Shown here one piece after another: positions 41,164 to 55,410 of a stretch of 64,000 nt of DNA. The DNA comes from Octopus vulgaris (lineage: Eukaryota): contig OX597818.1 of assembly GCA_951406725.2 (NCBI GenBank), forward strand, positions 84,134,001 through 84,198,000, written 5' to 3'. The position numbers and the translations under genes were made by a program. Positions within the stretch are counted from its first letter, which is position 1; every line of letters starts with the position of its first letter. The notes beneath the pieces are model-generated. The model ran no database searches and was not told the origin of the DNA. It saw only the letters and a list, made by a program, of their open reading frames with translations.

Positions 41164-41744
41164 TTATTGTTATCGTTGATATTGTTTTATTATTTTTATT
41201 GTTATAATGTATATTATAATCTTAATATGATTATTATTAGTAGTATTATATTCGTTACTATTCTTATTATCGTTATTATTCTTGTCGTTATTATTGGTGG
41301 TGGTATTACTATTATTATTTCGCTCTAGCATTCAATTCTCTGTTAATGAAATTAAAGTATGAAAAAGTGTTAAACCCTTCTTGAGTGAATCATAAAGAAC
41401 ATATATGTGGGCGGCTCTGAGTTGACGCATACATTTCCTTACCAAACATGCTATTCCAATATTCATTCCAAAGCCTCATTTCTTATTTTATGAAAACCAG
41501 TATTATAATCCATCTGATTCCTAAGGCAGAATTTCTTATGCATCAATGCCAAGTGCCATCAATACATTTTCAGATAAATAACATAGCATAAAGCAAACTT
41601 TTCACAACAGAAATGCTTTCCGGCAGAAATGTATCCTTCATTATGAAAGCTGAAAAAATAATGTGACCCTATTGATCAGAGATCCAAACTTTAAATGCTG
41701 TTGACATATTTCTTACATATACACACACGCACAAGAATGCTCAG

Positions 41745-41787
<43 letters not shown>

Positions 41788-41942
41788 TACACACACACAC
41801 ACACATACACACACACATATATTATTGTATGTGAACGATGGTCACGCTGAAAGCAAAGCTTTCAACGAACGATGTTGTCAATTGTCTTGAGGCTAGTGCT
41901 TCACTGGTACTTATTTTATCGACCCTGAGAAGATCGATGCAA

Positions 41943-42017
<75 letters not shown>

Positions 42018-42411
42018 TGTGTGTGTGTGTGTGCATGTATGTATGTGTGTGTATATTTACACGAACGAATGTATATATCTGTATATACATATATTCATTA
42101 AAAATTATATATACATATATATTTAGGTATGTATTTATACTACTACATTTGTTCATATATATATATATTACATGACAAAATGTGGACGAAACTGTATTCG
42201 CTTGACGTAGAAAAATTTCCAACCAGTGTCCTTCAAATACATAGTAGCATTGTTTAGAATGAAAGAATCACTGTATAATTCACACTATCTCAGAAAAAAA
42301 TATCCACCAACCCTGAGTAGTTCGCTGTCGATGTATTCAAAAGATGACACAGGATACACAAACATACATACATACACATACATCTGTACACACACAAACA
42401 CACACACACAC

Positions 42412-42487
<76 letters not shown>

Positions 42488-42691
42488 GGTACAAAATTGC
42501 ACACGGCTGCCTATATTACTTTATATATATATGTTATACGGGGTGAGGGTGGTTTTGCCTGAAGATAGCAGCAGTTTGGTACTCGAGTCCGCGAGAGAGC
42601 TCTCAGGCTCAGATTCAATAAAAGAAAATTCATAAATATAAGTCTATATATCTATCTATATACATGCAGAAATGTATATACATACATGTAC

Positions 42692-42727
<36 letters not shown>

Positions 42728-42732
42728 CTGCG

Positions 42733-42785
<53 letters not shown>

Positions 42786-42982
42786 GTACATAAATATATA
42801 CATATACATATATATACATACATCCACACATACAGACACATTCTCACACACACACACACAAACACACATATATAACAACGTGTAATAATGGAAGCAGTTA
42901 CAGATAACATACAACTAAAAAGGAAAAATTGAATTGTCACTAGTGTGCAGGATAGAACCTACGTATATATATATATATTTAT

Positions 42983-43409
42983 AGGTTCATGTGTGGCTGT
43001 GAGATAAGAAGTTTGCTTCCCAACCATATGGTTTCGGGTCCAGTCCCAGTGCGTGGCACCTTGAGCAAGTGTCTTCTACTAAAGCCTCGGCCGACCAAAA
43101 CCTTCTGAGTTGATTCGGTAGACGGAGAAAGAAAGAAGCCTGTCGTATGTATATATATAAATATATATATGTTTGTGTGTGTGCGTGTATGTGTGTGTGT
43201 ATGTGTGTGTATGTGTGTGTGTATGAGTGTGCGTGTGTGTGTGTCTGCTTTTCTCCGCCCACCATCGCTTGACAAATAAGTGTCCGTTAGAATTAGTACT
43301 AGGCTTACAAAGAATAAGTCCTGTGGTTGATGTGATCGACTGAAGGTGGAGCTTCAGCGTGGCTGCATTCAAATGACTGGAAAAAATAGAAGAGTAAAAG
43401 AGCAAAAGA

Positions 43410-43410
<1 letters not shown>
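42983..43410 (+). mobile_element. SINE family A
   Basis: Colinear with the other copies. Confidence 0.85.
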
Positions 43411-43449
<39 letters not shown>

Positions 43450-43693
43450 CAGTACTTGTGGGATCGATAAATCCATGAAACAATTGTGAAGCAGTGAAAT
43501 GAAATAATAGTATTTCCTCTCTCCTTTCTTCTGAGTTATGATTGAAGAAACTCTGCTGATATTTGTGGAGTTGCGGGCAAGTGTTTTGCTATACGAACCA
43601 ACTAACCTTTTTCTGACAACCTGGACACTAGGATAAGATAAATAGTGTAGAAACTAGGGTTGACACTAAATTAAAATAACTAGATATACATAC

Positions 43694-43814
<121 letters not shown>

Positions 43815-43946
43815 AACACTTCCCTGAAAGTTCATGAACCAAAATACAGGATGCCCTAGGATTAACTACCCATTTCTGTGTAATCTGGCAGGTTTTTAAA
43901 AATTCACCTTTATTTATGTTTAGCATGCTTAATATGTGTTAAACCT

Positions 43947-44108
43947 AAGGTGGTGAGCTGGCAGAAACGTTAGCACACTGGGCGAATGCTTTGCACTAAT
44001 TTGCCTGTCTTTACGTTCTGAGTTCAAATTCCGCCGAGGTCCACTTTGCCTTTCATCTTTTTGGGGCCGATAAATTATTTCGACTAGCCCCCTCCTCCCA
44101 AATTTGAA
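43947..44108 (+). mobile_element. SINE family B
   Basis: AAGGTGGTGAGCTGGCAGAAACGTTAGCAC...GCCTTTCATCTTTTTGGGGCCGATAAA. Confidence 0.8.
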
Positions 44109-44712
44109 CGCAGAATAGCTATGATAAAAGCAGAAAAATTGGGTAAGTACCCTTATAAGACGGAAAAAAGATTGCCAGCTGGTGGCTACGGGAGTAGGCG
44201 GTTATGGTTATAAATTTATGATTTTATCTTCATTCTTGCTGAATCCTGCTTATCTGCCCACGATAGCTTTTTTTCCAATTTAGCTGCATACATTTTTTTC
44301 AGCGTCCATTCCTTGGATGGAGTAAGAGTTTAACTGAACTTAAAGAACGCATTCAGTTAACAGTGTAGGATATAATTCCTAAAATGCTTCAAATGTGTAT
44401 CGCAAGTCTAAAAATAGATTTGAAATTTGCATGGAATGAAGACGGAACAAATACTGAATACTTTTAGTTAAAAGGTTTGAGATACATAATTAATTCTGGG
44501 AAGCTTGTATATTGTTATAATGATAAGTGTAATGATTATTTAAAGCTATTTTGAGAGAAACAGAATTATCTATCCAAGAATATCATGAAGCAAGTCTAGA
44601 CATTTTTATTTATCTTCCTGTGGGATTGATTGTTGTAAACAAATGTTTTATATGACCGTTATACACACGTTGAGAATACCTATGTACTACATTTGTGGTT
44701 GTCATAAACACA

Positions 44713-44797
<85 letters not shown>

Positions 44798-45359
44798 GAC
44801 ACACACACACACACACAAACTTATATATATATATAGGAAAAGAAGATAGTTCAAGGAACTCTTAACCGGTTTTTAAGCGCATCGAACAAGAACAGCCAGA
44901 GTTACGTGTCGATGTTGACGATCCACAATCATCCACATCAGCGATGTAAACCACCAATTTGCATGTAACTATTGGTAAATTTTAAATAATTAAATTTTTT
45001 TTTAGTATTGCAAATACTAATAATTACTAAATTTGTTTTTTAAGCATAAAAAAGTCTTTTATTTTACCATGTCTTATTACATACCACATTCACCGCCAAA
45101 TTGTATTCATAAATTTATATTACTTCTTTCTTTTTTACTGTAGTAAAAAATAAAAATTATTCGTTTGTAAGCTTAAAATAGGTTTATATTAACCATTTAT
45201 TATTGAAAATGCATTCAAGTACAGAAAGTACAGAACTGGGAATGGTTATTATCGGTTTAACCTAGAGACAAGTTAATTCGGCCTGGCCTAGCCTAGAGAC
45301 AAGATAATTCGACTCGTCGTGTCTCCTGGAATCAATTAACGACGTAGAGTGAGGTATGC

Positions 45360-45416
<57 letters not shown>

Positions 45417-45690
45417 TGTGTGTGTGTGTGTGCGTGTGTGTATAATGGAATAATTACTATGAAGCAATGTGTAGAATATATTGTATAAACATCGTGGTTA
45501 AGGCCAAAACAATACGAAGTAAATGCAAGGTAAATCACAAGAAAACAAATATATTAATATAGAATTAGTTTGTATTCCATATTTCGGGGGCTTGACCCAA
45601 TTTTCAAGAAAATAAACGAATGTTGCCGATGTGCTTGCGTGTTTTGGCCTTACCCACGATCCTTTATACAATATATATATATATATATAT

Positions 45691-46967
45691 ATATGTTAAT
45701 AAAATATATGCATATATATAAACATATATGTACGTACCCACCTCTACATGTACATATACACGCATATATGTGTACAGGACACCAAAAAGACGTCGAACAC
45801 ATAGAGAGACGAAAAACATAGACACAAACCAAGGAACAAGACAGGCAAAAAAAAGAGAGATACAGGACAATAAGCACAACGAAAAATCCCCTTCTTCAGT
45901 CGCTAAAGTTTCATCTACTAAACGTTTCGAAGGATAAAAGCGAGACGTATACTTCGAATGAAAAATTCCTTCCTGCGAAAAGCAAATCAATTAAAATTCT
46001 GAGATCTTTTCGCAGAGGGGTAAAAAAAGCAAGACGGTAACGACAGTACAAACATATAAACAGTAAAAAATATATATAAAACAGTGGAAAAATAAATATA
46101 TAACAGTGAGAGACAGGACAAGGAGAACAAGATAAGAAGGGCTGTTAACGCCAGACGAAAAAAGTATTGCAAACGCTGGATTATAGTGGACGACGAGAGA
46201 GGAAGATGTCGACCAGTGGCCTTAGAAGGCGGGCGAGAAAGGACAGGATAGCAGTTACGACGGAAGTGTCGTCGCAGATGGACGACGGGAATGGGGGAGG
46301 AGGAGCAAGAGGAAGAGAGAGAAGAAGGGGAATGGTGCGAGGAGACCATGAAGAACAGTGAGGGGGAGAGAGAGAGGAAGAGACAAGTTAAGTGAGGGAA
46401 AAAAAGACGAAAAAGGGAATGGGAGAGAAAGAAAGAAAGATGCAGAGTCGCGTGAGAGTTAATATCAAGGCGAACTTGATAAACAGAACAATCTTACTTA
46501 ATAGGGTGCGTGCGTTTAGTCGTATAATATGTTAATAAAATATATGCATATATATAAACATATATGTACGTACCTACCTCTACATGTACATATACACGCA
46601 TATATGTGTACAGGACACCAAAAAGACGTCGAACACATAGAGAGACGAAAAACATAGACACAAACCAAGGAACAAGACAGGCAAAAAAAAGAGAGATACA
46701 GGACAATAAGCACAACGAAAAATCCCCTTCTTCAGTCGCTATAAATATATGCATACATACATACATATATGTACATACCTACATATATATATACATATAC
46801 ATGCATATATGGGTACTGGACATCGAAAAAAACTTCAACATGAGCAACGAAAACTTAAAAAGAAAAACATAGAAACAAACATTTTTTTCGAACAACGAGA
46901 CATACATCATAAAGAATATTCCCCTTCTTCAGTTGTCTCTCTTTCATCTACTCCTCGTTTCGAAGGC
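45691..46967 (-). mobile_element. Partial-tandem non-coding element with 215-bp direct repeats (Penelope pLTR-like) plus a diverged third copy
   Basis: 45691-45905 and 46527-46741 are nearly identical (one substitution seen). 46810-46967 is a diverged relative. The strand is inferred. Confidence 0.6.
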
Positions 46968-46974
46968 ATATATA

Positions 46975-47027
<53 letters not shown>

Positions 47028-47399
47028 GTGTGTGTGTGTATTTATGTAGGCATGTATATACATATATATACATATATATACACACGTGCACGCATACACA
47101 CACACACACACACACATAATGGTTTTCTTTTTCGAGCTCGATATAATTGAAAATACATGCGTCGTATTTTCATTGATGTTTTTGTGTGTTTATTTTTTCT
47201 GTCATATCTCTTCACTTGTATTTAATGATAATAATATTTTAATAATAATAGCTTGATAATAATATCTTAAAGTTTTGTGAACCTTGTAGAGATCATCTTC
47301 GGAATTAAGTAGATTATAATCGAGTTGATTATCACAACATTCATGAACTAAGCGAGAAGTGTCATTGGAATACTGTTGTAACCCGATAAAATACTCATC

Positions 47400-47760
47400 G
47401 TTGGGTTTTCAATATTTAACCGATAATCGAATTATTTCTGAGACCACTAACAATTCTTTGTTTAATTCTAGGACGCTATAAACGTGTATCATTTTTATTT
47501 ATATTTTCCAATCAGTAAATCCTCCATAGCAAATCTTCAACTTGTGTGAAGAATTCCATTTGATGGTAATGTTATCAAGTTAATATTTTGTTATTATCGT
47601 CTATTCTTTTGTGTATTCAATTGTCAAATGCAACATTGACGCCTCGTTATATACACATCACCAACCGGTGGGTAATTATCTTACTTGTACATTCGATATA
47701 ACAGTTTACGTTATGAAATTGCCAGTGTTAATACTTACGCTAAAATTCCCATACATTGCT
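47400..47760 (-). pseudogene. Very old Helitron Rep C-terminal remnant (tentative)
   Basis: With frameshifts: NCYI-NVQV (cf. NCHINVEV), YIT-GVNVA (cf. YIYKG), LLWRI (cf. EAVWRI), in the expected order. Confidence 0.4.
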
Positions 47761-48224
47761 TATCTAATGTACATTATCCTGCAGCTTTCAGATTTTTGTT
47801 CTTTGGTTGACGATAACGTCTATTTTTCAGAATAGTTTATTTTATATATAATGGATTCTATCGATGATTTCGACCTATGAATGTTCAACAGTCATAGCTA
47901 TTAGACTACCTACAGAGATAATTTGTTTTCAACGGTGAATAGTTGTGTAGGACGAGCCGCATTTTCTTGGAAATGCTAAGAACAAAAAGTTAGTGGAAAT
48001 GTTTCTCACAAATTCAATACAGAATTTAATTCAGGTTTTTCTATTAAAGTTTGCCATCTCTTGGGTTAGTTGCCTTCGCTACAGCATAGAGTATATTCTA
48101 CTTTGGTAGACTAAATACGCACCTGGGTATGCATTTAACCGACCCCTTGAAGGAAGGGGTGCTATAAGTGTTATATGAGATCCTCTTACAGCGCAGCGTG
48201 CCTGGTTTTTAATAGTGTGTAACG

Positions 48225-48716
48225 AAAAGGGAGAGAGTTGGAGCGAAACAGAGAGAAATACAAACAGGGACAGAGATTGGTAGAGACGGAAAGGCAGAGA
48301 AATGGATATTGGTAGAGAAATAGAGAGAGAAGAAAATAACAACGAGTGAGACAGAGAAAGAGAAAAGAGAGAGAGAGAGATTGACAGAGACAGAGATACA
48401 GAGTTTGATAGATAGACAGATTGACAGAGACATAGAGAGAGAAAGAGACAGAGAGAGACAGACAGCGAGACAAAGACAGAGAGAGAGACGGAAACAGACA
48501 GACACACAGAGAAAAAGATAGAGAGTTACAACGGGAGAGACAGAGGAAGAGACAGAGACAAACAAGGACATAAAAAGAGAGAGAAAGATATTGAGAGAGA
48601 CATAGAAAGACACAGAAAGAGACAGACAGAGACGCAGAGAAACAGATATTGACAGAGAGAGAGAGAGACAAAGAGAGAATGTGTATGTGTGTGTATGTGA
48701 GAGAGAGAGAGAGAGG
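48225..48716 (+). repeat. Low-complexity (GA/GACA)n purine tract
   Basis: Directly visible. Confidence 0.9.
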
Positions 48717-48757
48717 GTGGGTGGAGAACAGGGTTGAAGGAGCAAGAAAAGAAAATT

Positions 48758-48905
48758 GAGCTCCAATACTTGACTACCATTTAATTTATCGATCTCGCAA
48801 GACGAATTTGGCCACAGCGGGATCTGAACTCTGTACGCAAGCAGCTAGAACATTTACCGCAAGGAATTTATCCGACGCTCTAATGATTCTTGCAATCAAA
48901 CGTCT
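48758..48905 (-). mobile_element. SINE family B, degenerate
   Basis: GATCTGAACTCTG...CCGCAAGGAATTTATCCGACGCTCTAATGATTCT aligns with the 938-1147 copy. Confidence 0.55.
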
Positions 48906-49501
48906 CTTGATGAACTACTATGTCTTGAAAAATTAAACTGGATGGTCATGATTGGTATACATTTAATTATTGACCTGTTGAATAACTGCTTAACTTGAGA
49001 TAAATAAGAACAAGAAAATGCATTAATTTCGAAAAATAACAATTCGTATACAATAGCAGAAAATTTTAAATCGACTTCACCTCATTTAACGTAAACGAGG
49101 AACACACAAACAGACAAACATACAAAATAATTAAAGTAATAACGACAAGAAAAATTCCATTAATTATACATGAGTAATTAATAGGCAAAAAAACTAATTG
49201 GTCTCTTGATATAGTTTCTACATTTGCACAAGTTCTTTTTCCTATATTTTTCTTTCGTGCTCAATAGTAACTAGCACACATTACACCAGTATCATTTTCA
49301 TTACAGATTTTAACAAAATGCGTCGCATTGTTCTCGTATTCTTTTCGTTCTTCGTCGTTATAACGTTCTGGTTGTTGTTGTTGTTGTTGTTGTGGTAGGC
49401 GTCGTCGTAGTCGTCGTTGTTGTGTTTGTCGTTAAAATTGTGCTGATTGTTGGTGGTTGGTGGTTGGTAGCGGTGTTGATCAAGATGGTGACGTTCTGTA
49501 C

Positions 49502-49572
<71 letters not shown>

Positions 49573-49695
49573 TCTTCCTGCTACCGTATTTCTCGTTGAT
49601 ATTGCTGTTGTTTTTCGTATTTCTTATTCTCTATATTGTTTATATATATGTGCGTATGTATATATACACATATATATATATGCATATATACATAC

Positions 49696-49773
<78 letters not shown>

Positions 49774-50338
49774 TATATATATTGATTCTTAATTGCTGTT
49801 AACAACTTTAGTGAAAGTAAATACATAGAATCGAATTCTTAAAAAGAGAAAATCTTTCCTTGCTAATTTTTCTAATTATGTGTTTGTTGAAGAGTAATTA
49901 GACTTCAGGAAGAGAAAGTAGTAATTGTGCAACTGAGACGAAGGAGAGAGGGAGGGAGAGGGTAGAGAAGGAAGAATAAAAACACAGTGAGAGAGCGAGC
50001 GCAACACAGGCCGATGCATTCACACACATGTATAAATACATGTATATAATCATTGACATGATCACGAAGTTAAGAAGGATGCACAAACACTCACACACAC
50101 ACACACACATAAACATTTGCATATGTGTGTGTGTATGTATATGATATATGTATAGACATATGAGTATAATTAATAAAAGAATTAAGGTATTGGTATCATA
50201 TTTATTACACAGTTACAATAATTTCAGTAATAGATGGATTCGATAAGTCATTTAACATGTTGGAATTAATGTAAACAATAATTGTATAATGACATCAAGG
50301 AGTTTTACACATCCTCTTTCGCAAATTATAGAAGCGTA

Positions 50339-50400
<62 letters not shown>

Positions 50401-50415
50401 GTGTGTGTGTGTGTA

Positions 50416-50800
50416 AGGTAAATTTAGATTCAGTAGGGTATATAATACCACTTGCTAAACTCAGAGCCAATGCTCCAAAAACCACCATAATCTCACGATA
50501 AAGATACACACGGACAATACAATGAACATATGAGTAATAGGCTTACCTTTGCGTTGAATACATCAACGCACACACGAGCTAATGTAGCGAATATTTCAGA
50601 AATATATGCGAAGCGTGAAATCAATTGATATTGAAATATGCATTACTTACTGATGTGTTCAACGCAAAGGTAAGCCTATTTCTCATATGTTCATTGCATG
50701 GCTCGTGTGTATCTTTATCGTGAGTTTATGGTGATTTTTGGACCATTGGCTCTGATTTTAGCAAGTGGTATTATATACCCTACTGAATCTAAATTCACCT
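50416..50800. mobile_element. MITE with 150-bp TIRs and TA target duplication
   Basis: Arms 50416-50565 and 50651-50800 (TA|AGGTAAATTTAGATTCAGTAGGG ... CCCTACTGAATCTAAATTCACCT|TA) with an 85-bp spacer. Confidence 0.88.
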
Positions 50801-51389
50801 TATAATGTGCCTGTAACGGCGGGAACTTGCTAGGCACCTTATTATTACATTATTAATACTATTATTAACGGCAATAATACTTCTTCATATATGTGTGTGG
50901 GGTGATTAATGAGAGAGACGAAAGATGGAAGATACGAGCATGTTTATTGTTCACTACAATTGTTTCAACACATCGAGCATCGATCCCTCTCAGGTGGGAT
51001 ACTGAGCATCTGGTTTAAGTGTAACCATCGGTGTAGATGTGTCTTTTCAGGTGATTACAATTTGTACTTCATTAAGATATCGTATGTTCCGCAACATTTT
51101 TTCTCGATATGTGTATACAAAAGCAGCAAATTAAGAGATACAGCTTCATTATTGCATACGATCAATAAAAAATATCAGATGCCTAAAGAAACAAATACAC
51201 AATACAGCAAAAAAGTATTAATATACTGGTGGAGGTGGAGTGGCGGAGTTGATCCAGATAGATGTATGTATGTATGAATGTATGTATGAATGTATGTATG
51301 TACTACGTATGTATGTATGTTTATATGTATGTCTGTTCTCTTCTGTTTTTAATTACTTAAATTCTTCCTCTGATGCAGGAGCTGGTTTC

Positions 51390-53360
51390 TAACGTAGATA
51401 GAAAGCTCCATCTTTGGAATGTAGATAATAAAAACAATGTGACATTTCGAAATGAGAAAAGTCATGCATATTTTTACTGTAACACTTACAGATTGTATTT
51501 ATCAAATACGAGTCAGCAGGCTGATTTCTTTTTGTGAAAACGCTAGGTAATCCAGTTTTTCGCTTAGGCATTTACTAACAAATGTAAGTTGCACCAAATG
51601 TGTAAAAGTGAATTTATATTCTGGATAAAGAGGCTGAAGATTTGCTAGCAGTTGTTCATAGTTGTCCTCTTTCTCTTCATTTTCAAAGAGATATTCACAT
51701 CGGCATGACAGCTGACTTCAATGACAGTTCTTTTTCTTGACTGTCCCTAAGAACAATATCCAGCCTGTTATGTTTACACATGGCAGATGTTTTGACGGGA
51801 ATGTTCTCCCAATATTTCTTCTGTTTATGTTATTGTATGTATTCACTAACAGGTAAGATTTCTATATTATTCCATGACAGTTATTTTTTCCGAATGGCAT
51901 TGTATATTGTTTTTGGGACATCGTTATGCCGCGTAGGAAGGTAGTACCTTGATTACATTTTTTGTCAGCTGCATGAATATCAGATAATCTACATTTTCAG
52001 TTGTATCTTGGAGTTCTAATAGCTTCATTGCCTCTTTTGTCTAGCAGATATTTCGTAGCAATATCCTTTTCTTGGATTGCAGATGTAAATAAAGTGAACA
52101 AATGCGGCCTTTTAAAGCCTAGTAAGGCTCATGGGCCCGGTCTTCCGGTTTCTATGGCGTATGTGTTCCCCAGCTAGACGGGACACCAGTCCATCGCAGC
52201 GTTGCTCATTTTTGCCAGCTGAGTAGACTGGAGCAACGTAAAATTAAGTGTTTTGCTCAAGAACACAAAACGTCGCCCGGTCCAGGAATCGAAAGCACAA
52301 TCTTACGATTATGATGCTGACACCCTAACCACTAAGCAACGCGCCTCCACGGATTGCAGATGTATAGCCTTCAAAGTGTGATGTGATGTTGCGGTAATGA
52401 GTCCAAGAGAGGCTACGCTTCAAGTCGATGTTACTGTCTTCTTCAAGTCTTCGGGAAACATATTAATGTACGGTTTTCTTTTGATATGCTAAGCACTTCT
52501 TTGATGTATGCCTTCCAGTTGTTTGGGGTTTTAAAGTAGGTCATCAGGAAGAGAGTGCTTCCTGAGTAGCTTCCTGCAGGTACGTAGGATATAATGCGAT
52601 TCACTTTCAGCATTAATTATCGTATTTATTTTTGCTACTGTCGTTTGGGAAGTGCAGTCTCAGAGAGAGACTATACGACATTCGAATTATGGATTTAACG
52701 CCATAATGAACAGAATTACAGAAATAACATCTCTTTAGAATGTTCCCTTTGAAACGTTTCTAATATTACAGACGATCGATCTTCTCTCAGGTCTAAGTGT
52801 AAGAATTGTTGGCCAGGTCATTGTGAACCTCTCAATGACAACAAATAAGGTAGTAGACACTTTTGCTAGATGTTGCCACTTCAGCAACCATGAGTGGGGA
52901 CTAGAATCGAACGCCTTCCTATAATCAAGACGTACTGTTGCAAGTCTCCTACGGTGTTTTTCACTTCAGACAATACAGCTTTGTTTACCATGAGTTATTC
53001 AGCACGTACCCACATTCCCTTCTTTCCTCCTGCCTGCTCTCAGTTACTGTATCGTTGGACTCACCATGATTCTGGAGGAATTGGTTTAGGCTGTTTGTGT
53101 GTTATTTATGGAATGGCCCGATAGTTTTCCTCCAAATCAGTGGTTTCATTGTTAGCTACAAGATTTGTCCGTGCTATAGCAAGCCAAATTGGTATGTAAA
53201 TGTGATCTTGCACATTACTGTTGAATATATATATATTGGTGATTTTCGATAAAATGGCAGTCTCTTGCACCAAGATGCAACTATTAGGTCTCTCCCAGGT
53301 GCTTTCCCATTATGCAGTTTACCTACAGCTTTGATGAAAGTTTCCGGGTCAATTGCATGT
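51390..53360 (-). mobile_element. Third, older Dong/R4-type RLE LINE relic
   Basis: KLHNGKAPG, LDYRKAFDSSPHSWLL, ISVILFIMALNP, YWENIPVKTSAMCKHNRLDIV...VIEVSCHADVNI, EEKEDNYEQL. Confidence 0.8.
52088..52350 (-). mobile_element. SINE family C, tail type 3, with perfect 14-bp TSD
   Basis: TSD GGATTGCAGATGTA at 52074-52087 and 52351-52364. Head GTGGAGGCGCGTTGCTTAGTGG, CORE-like block, then CTGCGATGGACTGGTGTCCCGTC. Confidence 0.92.
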
Positions 53361-53815
53361 TACGTTTCTCTCTTCTCTACTTTCAAAACGGTTCGTTTTT
53401 TTACAGTTCGTTTTTTTTTCTTTCCGTTTCCAGTCCTATAGGACATTTTCCTTGTGTTACATATATATCCATCTCATCTTAAAGCCGCAAGGCCTTATTT
53501 TGTTTGTATAATGTAAGTTCATTTAATTTTTTTGCATATTCACATTTTGTCATGTTTGTTTTCGTTACTGTCCCCTGTTCGGTAAATATTCCCAGTAGCT
53601 TCTAGCCGCTGATGCCACCAAAAGTGAAGAATATTATCGTTAACGCGTGACAGTGTAAGGATCTTATGGACGATAACTGATGAGGAATTAGCTGCATCCT
53701 CTCTTGTGTGTGAATTTTTCATTTGTTCATGTTTCTGTTCAAATTTTGGAAGTACATGTGAATGTGTGTGCGTGTGCGTGTGTGTGCGCACATGCGTGTG
53801 TGTATGTGAGTATAC

Positions 53816-54056
53816 AGGTACAGGCGTGGCTGTGTGGTAAGCAGCTTGCTTGCCAATTACATGGTTCTGGGTTCAGTCCCACTGCATAGCACATTGGGTA
53901 AGTGTCTTTTACTTTAACTTCGGGCCGACCATAGATTTGTGAGTGGATTTTAAGAAAAAGTAAAAAATAAGTACTGGAGTCGATTCATTTAACTAAAGTC
54001 CTTTAAGGTGATGCTCCAGCATGGTCCCAGTCTAATGACCAAACAATTAAGAGATA
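53816..54056 (+). mobile_element. SINE family A, internally deleted
   Basis: Head and tail are joined without the central microsatellite. Confidence 0.8.
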
Positions 54057-54609
54057 AATCATATATATTATATCCAGTTTATTTTGTATTTAAGACACTA
54101 AGGTACAGCTAAAATAATTCTTCGTCGCTATTTCTAGGAAATTAAGAGTCCGCATTGAGACTACTTTACAATACCCAGATGGTATACAGAACTCACTATA
54201 ACAGACAAGTAAGAATCTATAATTGATTGAATCGAACCCTGTTAAATTACTGGAACATTATTAATTCTGCATGAGTGAAATACAAATTTCTCTCTGTGGA
54301 GATTTCAATTGGAATATCGCCGAAACACTGGGATTCATGTAGAGAATTTAGATCGGTTCCATGATTTCTTCAACAACTGACCGTCCTCAGTAGGGATAAT
54401 CTATGATTATTATGAAATTCGGTGGATTATATATAAGTTGAATGTAACTTTATGCTTAGCTTTACGTCTTATGTGTAATGCATACAAATTAAATGTGTTT
54501 ACGACATTATACGTTACAGATTCCCTTGGGCTTATCTAGTAGTTGTAACGTTTAATGATACAGAGTTCGGACAACAATTTATTTTATTATTGATATTATG
54601 GTTTTGACA

Positions 54610-55410
54610 AAGGCTGTGAGCTGGTGGAATTGCTAGCACATCGGACACAACGCTTACTGGCATTTTGTCCGTCTTTACGTTTTGATTTCAAATTCCGCTG
54701 ATGTCGATTTCGCCTTTCTTCGTTTCGGAGTCAATATAATATATACCAGTTGAGAACTGGGGTCGATGTAATCGACTTGACCTCCACCCTCACCCGAAAT
54801 TGCTGGCCTTGTGCCAAACTTTGAAATCAATAATGCAGTATTTTGACAACAGTTTATTTTATTGTTAATATTATGGTTTCTAACAAAGGCTGAGAACTGG
54901 CAGAATCGTTAGCACACTGCACACAAACAAGGTTTATTGGCATTTCGCCGAAGTCGACTATGCCTTTCAGCTTTTCGAGATCGATGAAATAAGTAGATTG
55001 AGAACTAGGGTCGATATAATGGGCTTATCCCCTCCCCTGAACTTGCTGACCAAAATCTGAGATCAATATTATGGTTTTAACAAAGGCTGTGAGCTGGCAG
55101 AATCGCTAAGACCTCAGAAAAAATACCGGCATTTCGTCCGTCTTTACGTTCTGAGTTCAAATTCTCTCGGGGTCCAACTTGCCTTTCATCGTTTCGGGAT
55201 CAACAAAAATATACCAATTGAGCACTGGGGTCAGTATAATCGACTTACCCTCTCCTCTAACATTTCTGGGCCTGTGCCAAAATGTGAAACCAATTTTATG
55301 GTTTTAACAAAGGGCGGCAAGCTAACAGAATCGTTTGCACGCCAGAAGAAAAATACTTATCGGCATTTCGTTCATCTCTATGTTCTGAGTACAAATTCCA
55401 TCGATGTCGA
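54610..55410 (+). mobile_element. Head-to-tail array of four family B SINEs
   Basis: Units start at about 54610, 54886, 55083 and 55310, each preceded by a TATGGTTTTAACAA-like linker. Confidence 0.85.

Noticed and set aside
44850-45340. Possible TTAA-type transposon end with a 31-bp tandem (CCTAGAGACAAG)
   Set aside because: No partner TIR or coding evidence was found.
45881-45940. Bona fide type II hammerhead ribozyme
   Set aside because: The core halves and helix II are plausible, but helix I cannot be formed in either copy. Kept only as a lead.
54610-55410. CRISPR-like repeat/spacer appearance
   Set aside because: The would-be spacers are homologous SINE copies of about 200 bp, the context is eukaryotic, and no cas genes are present.
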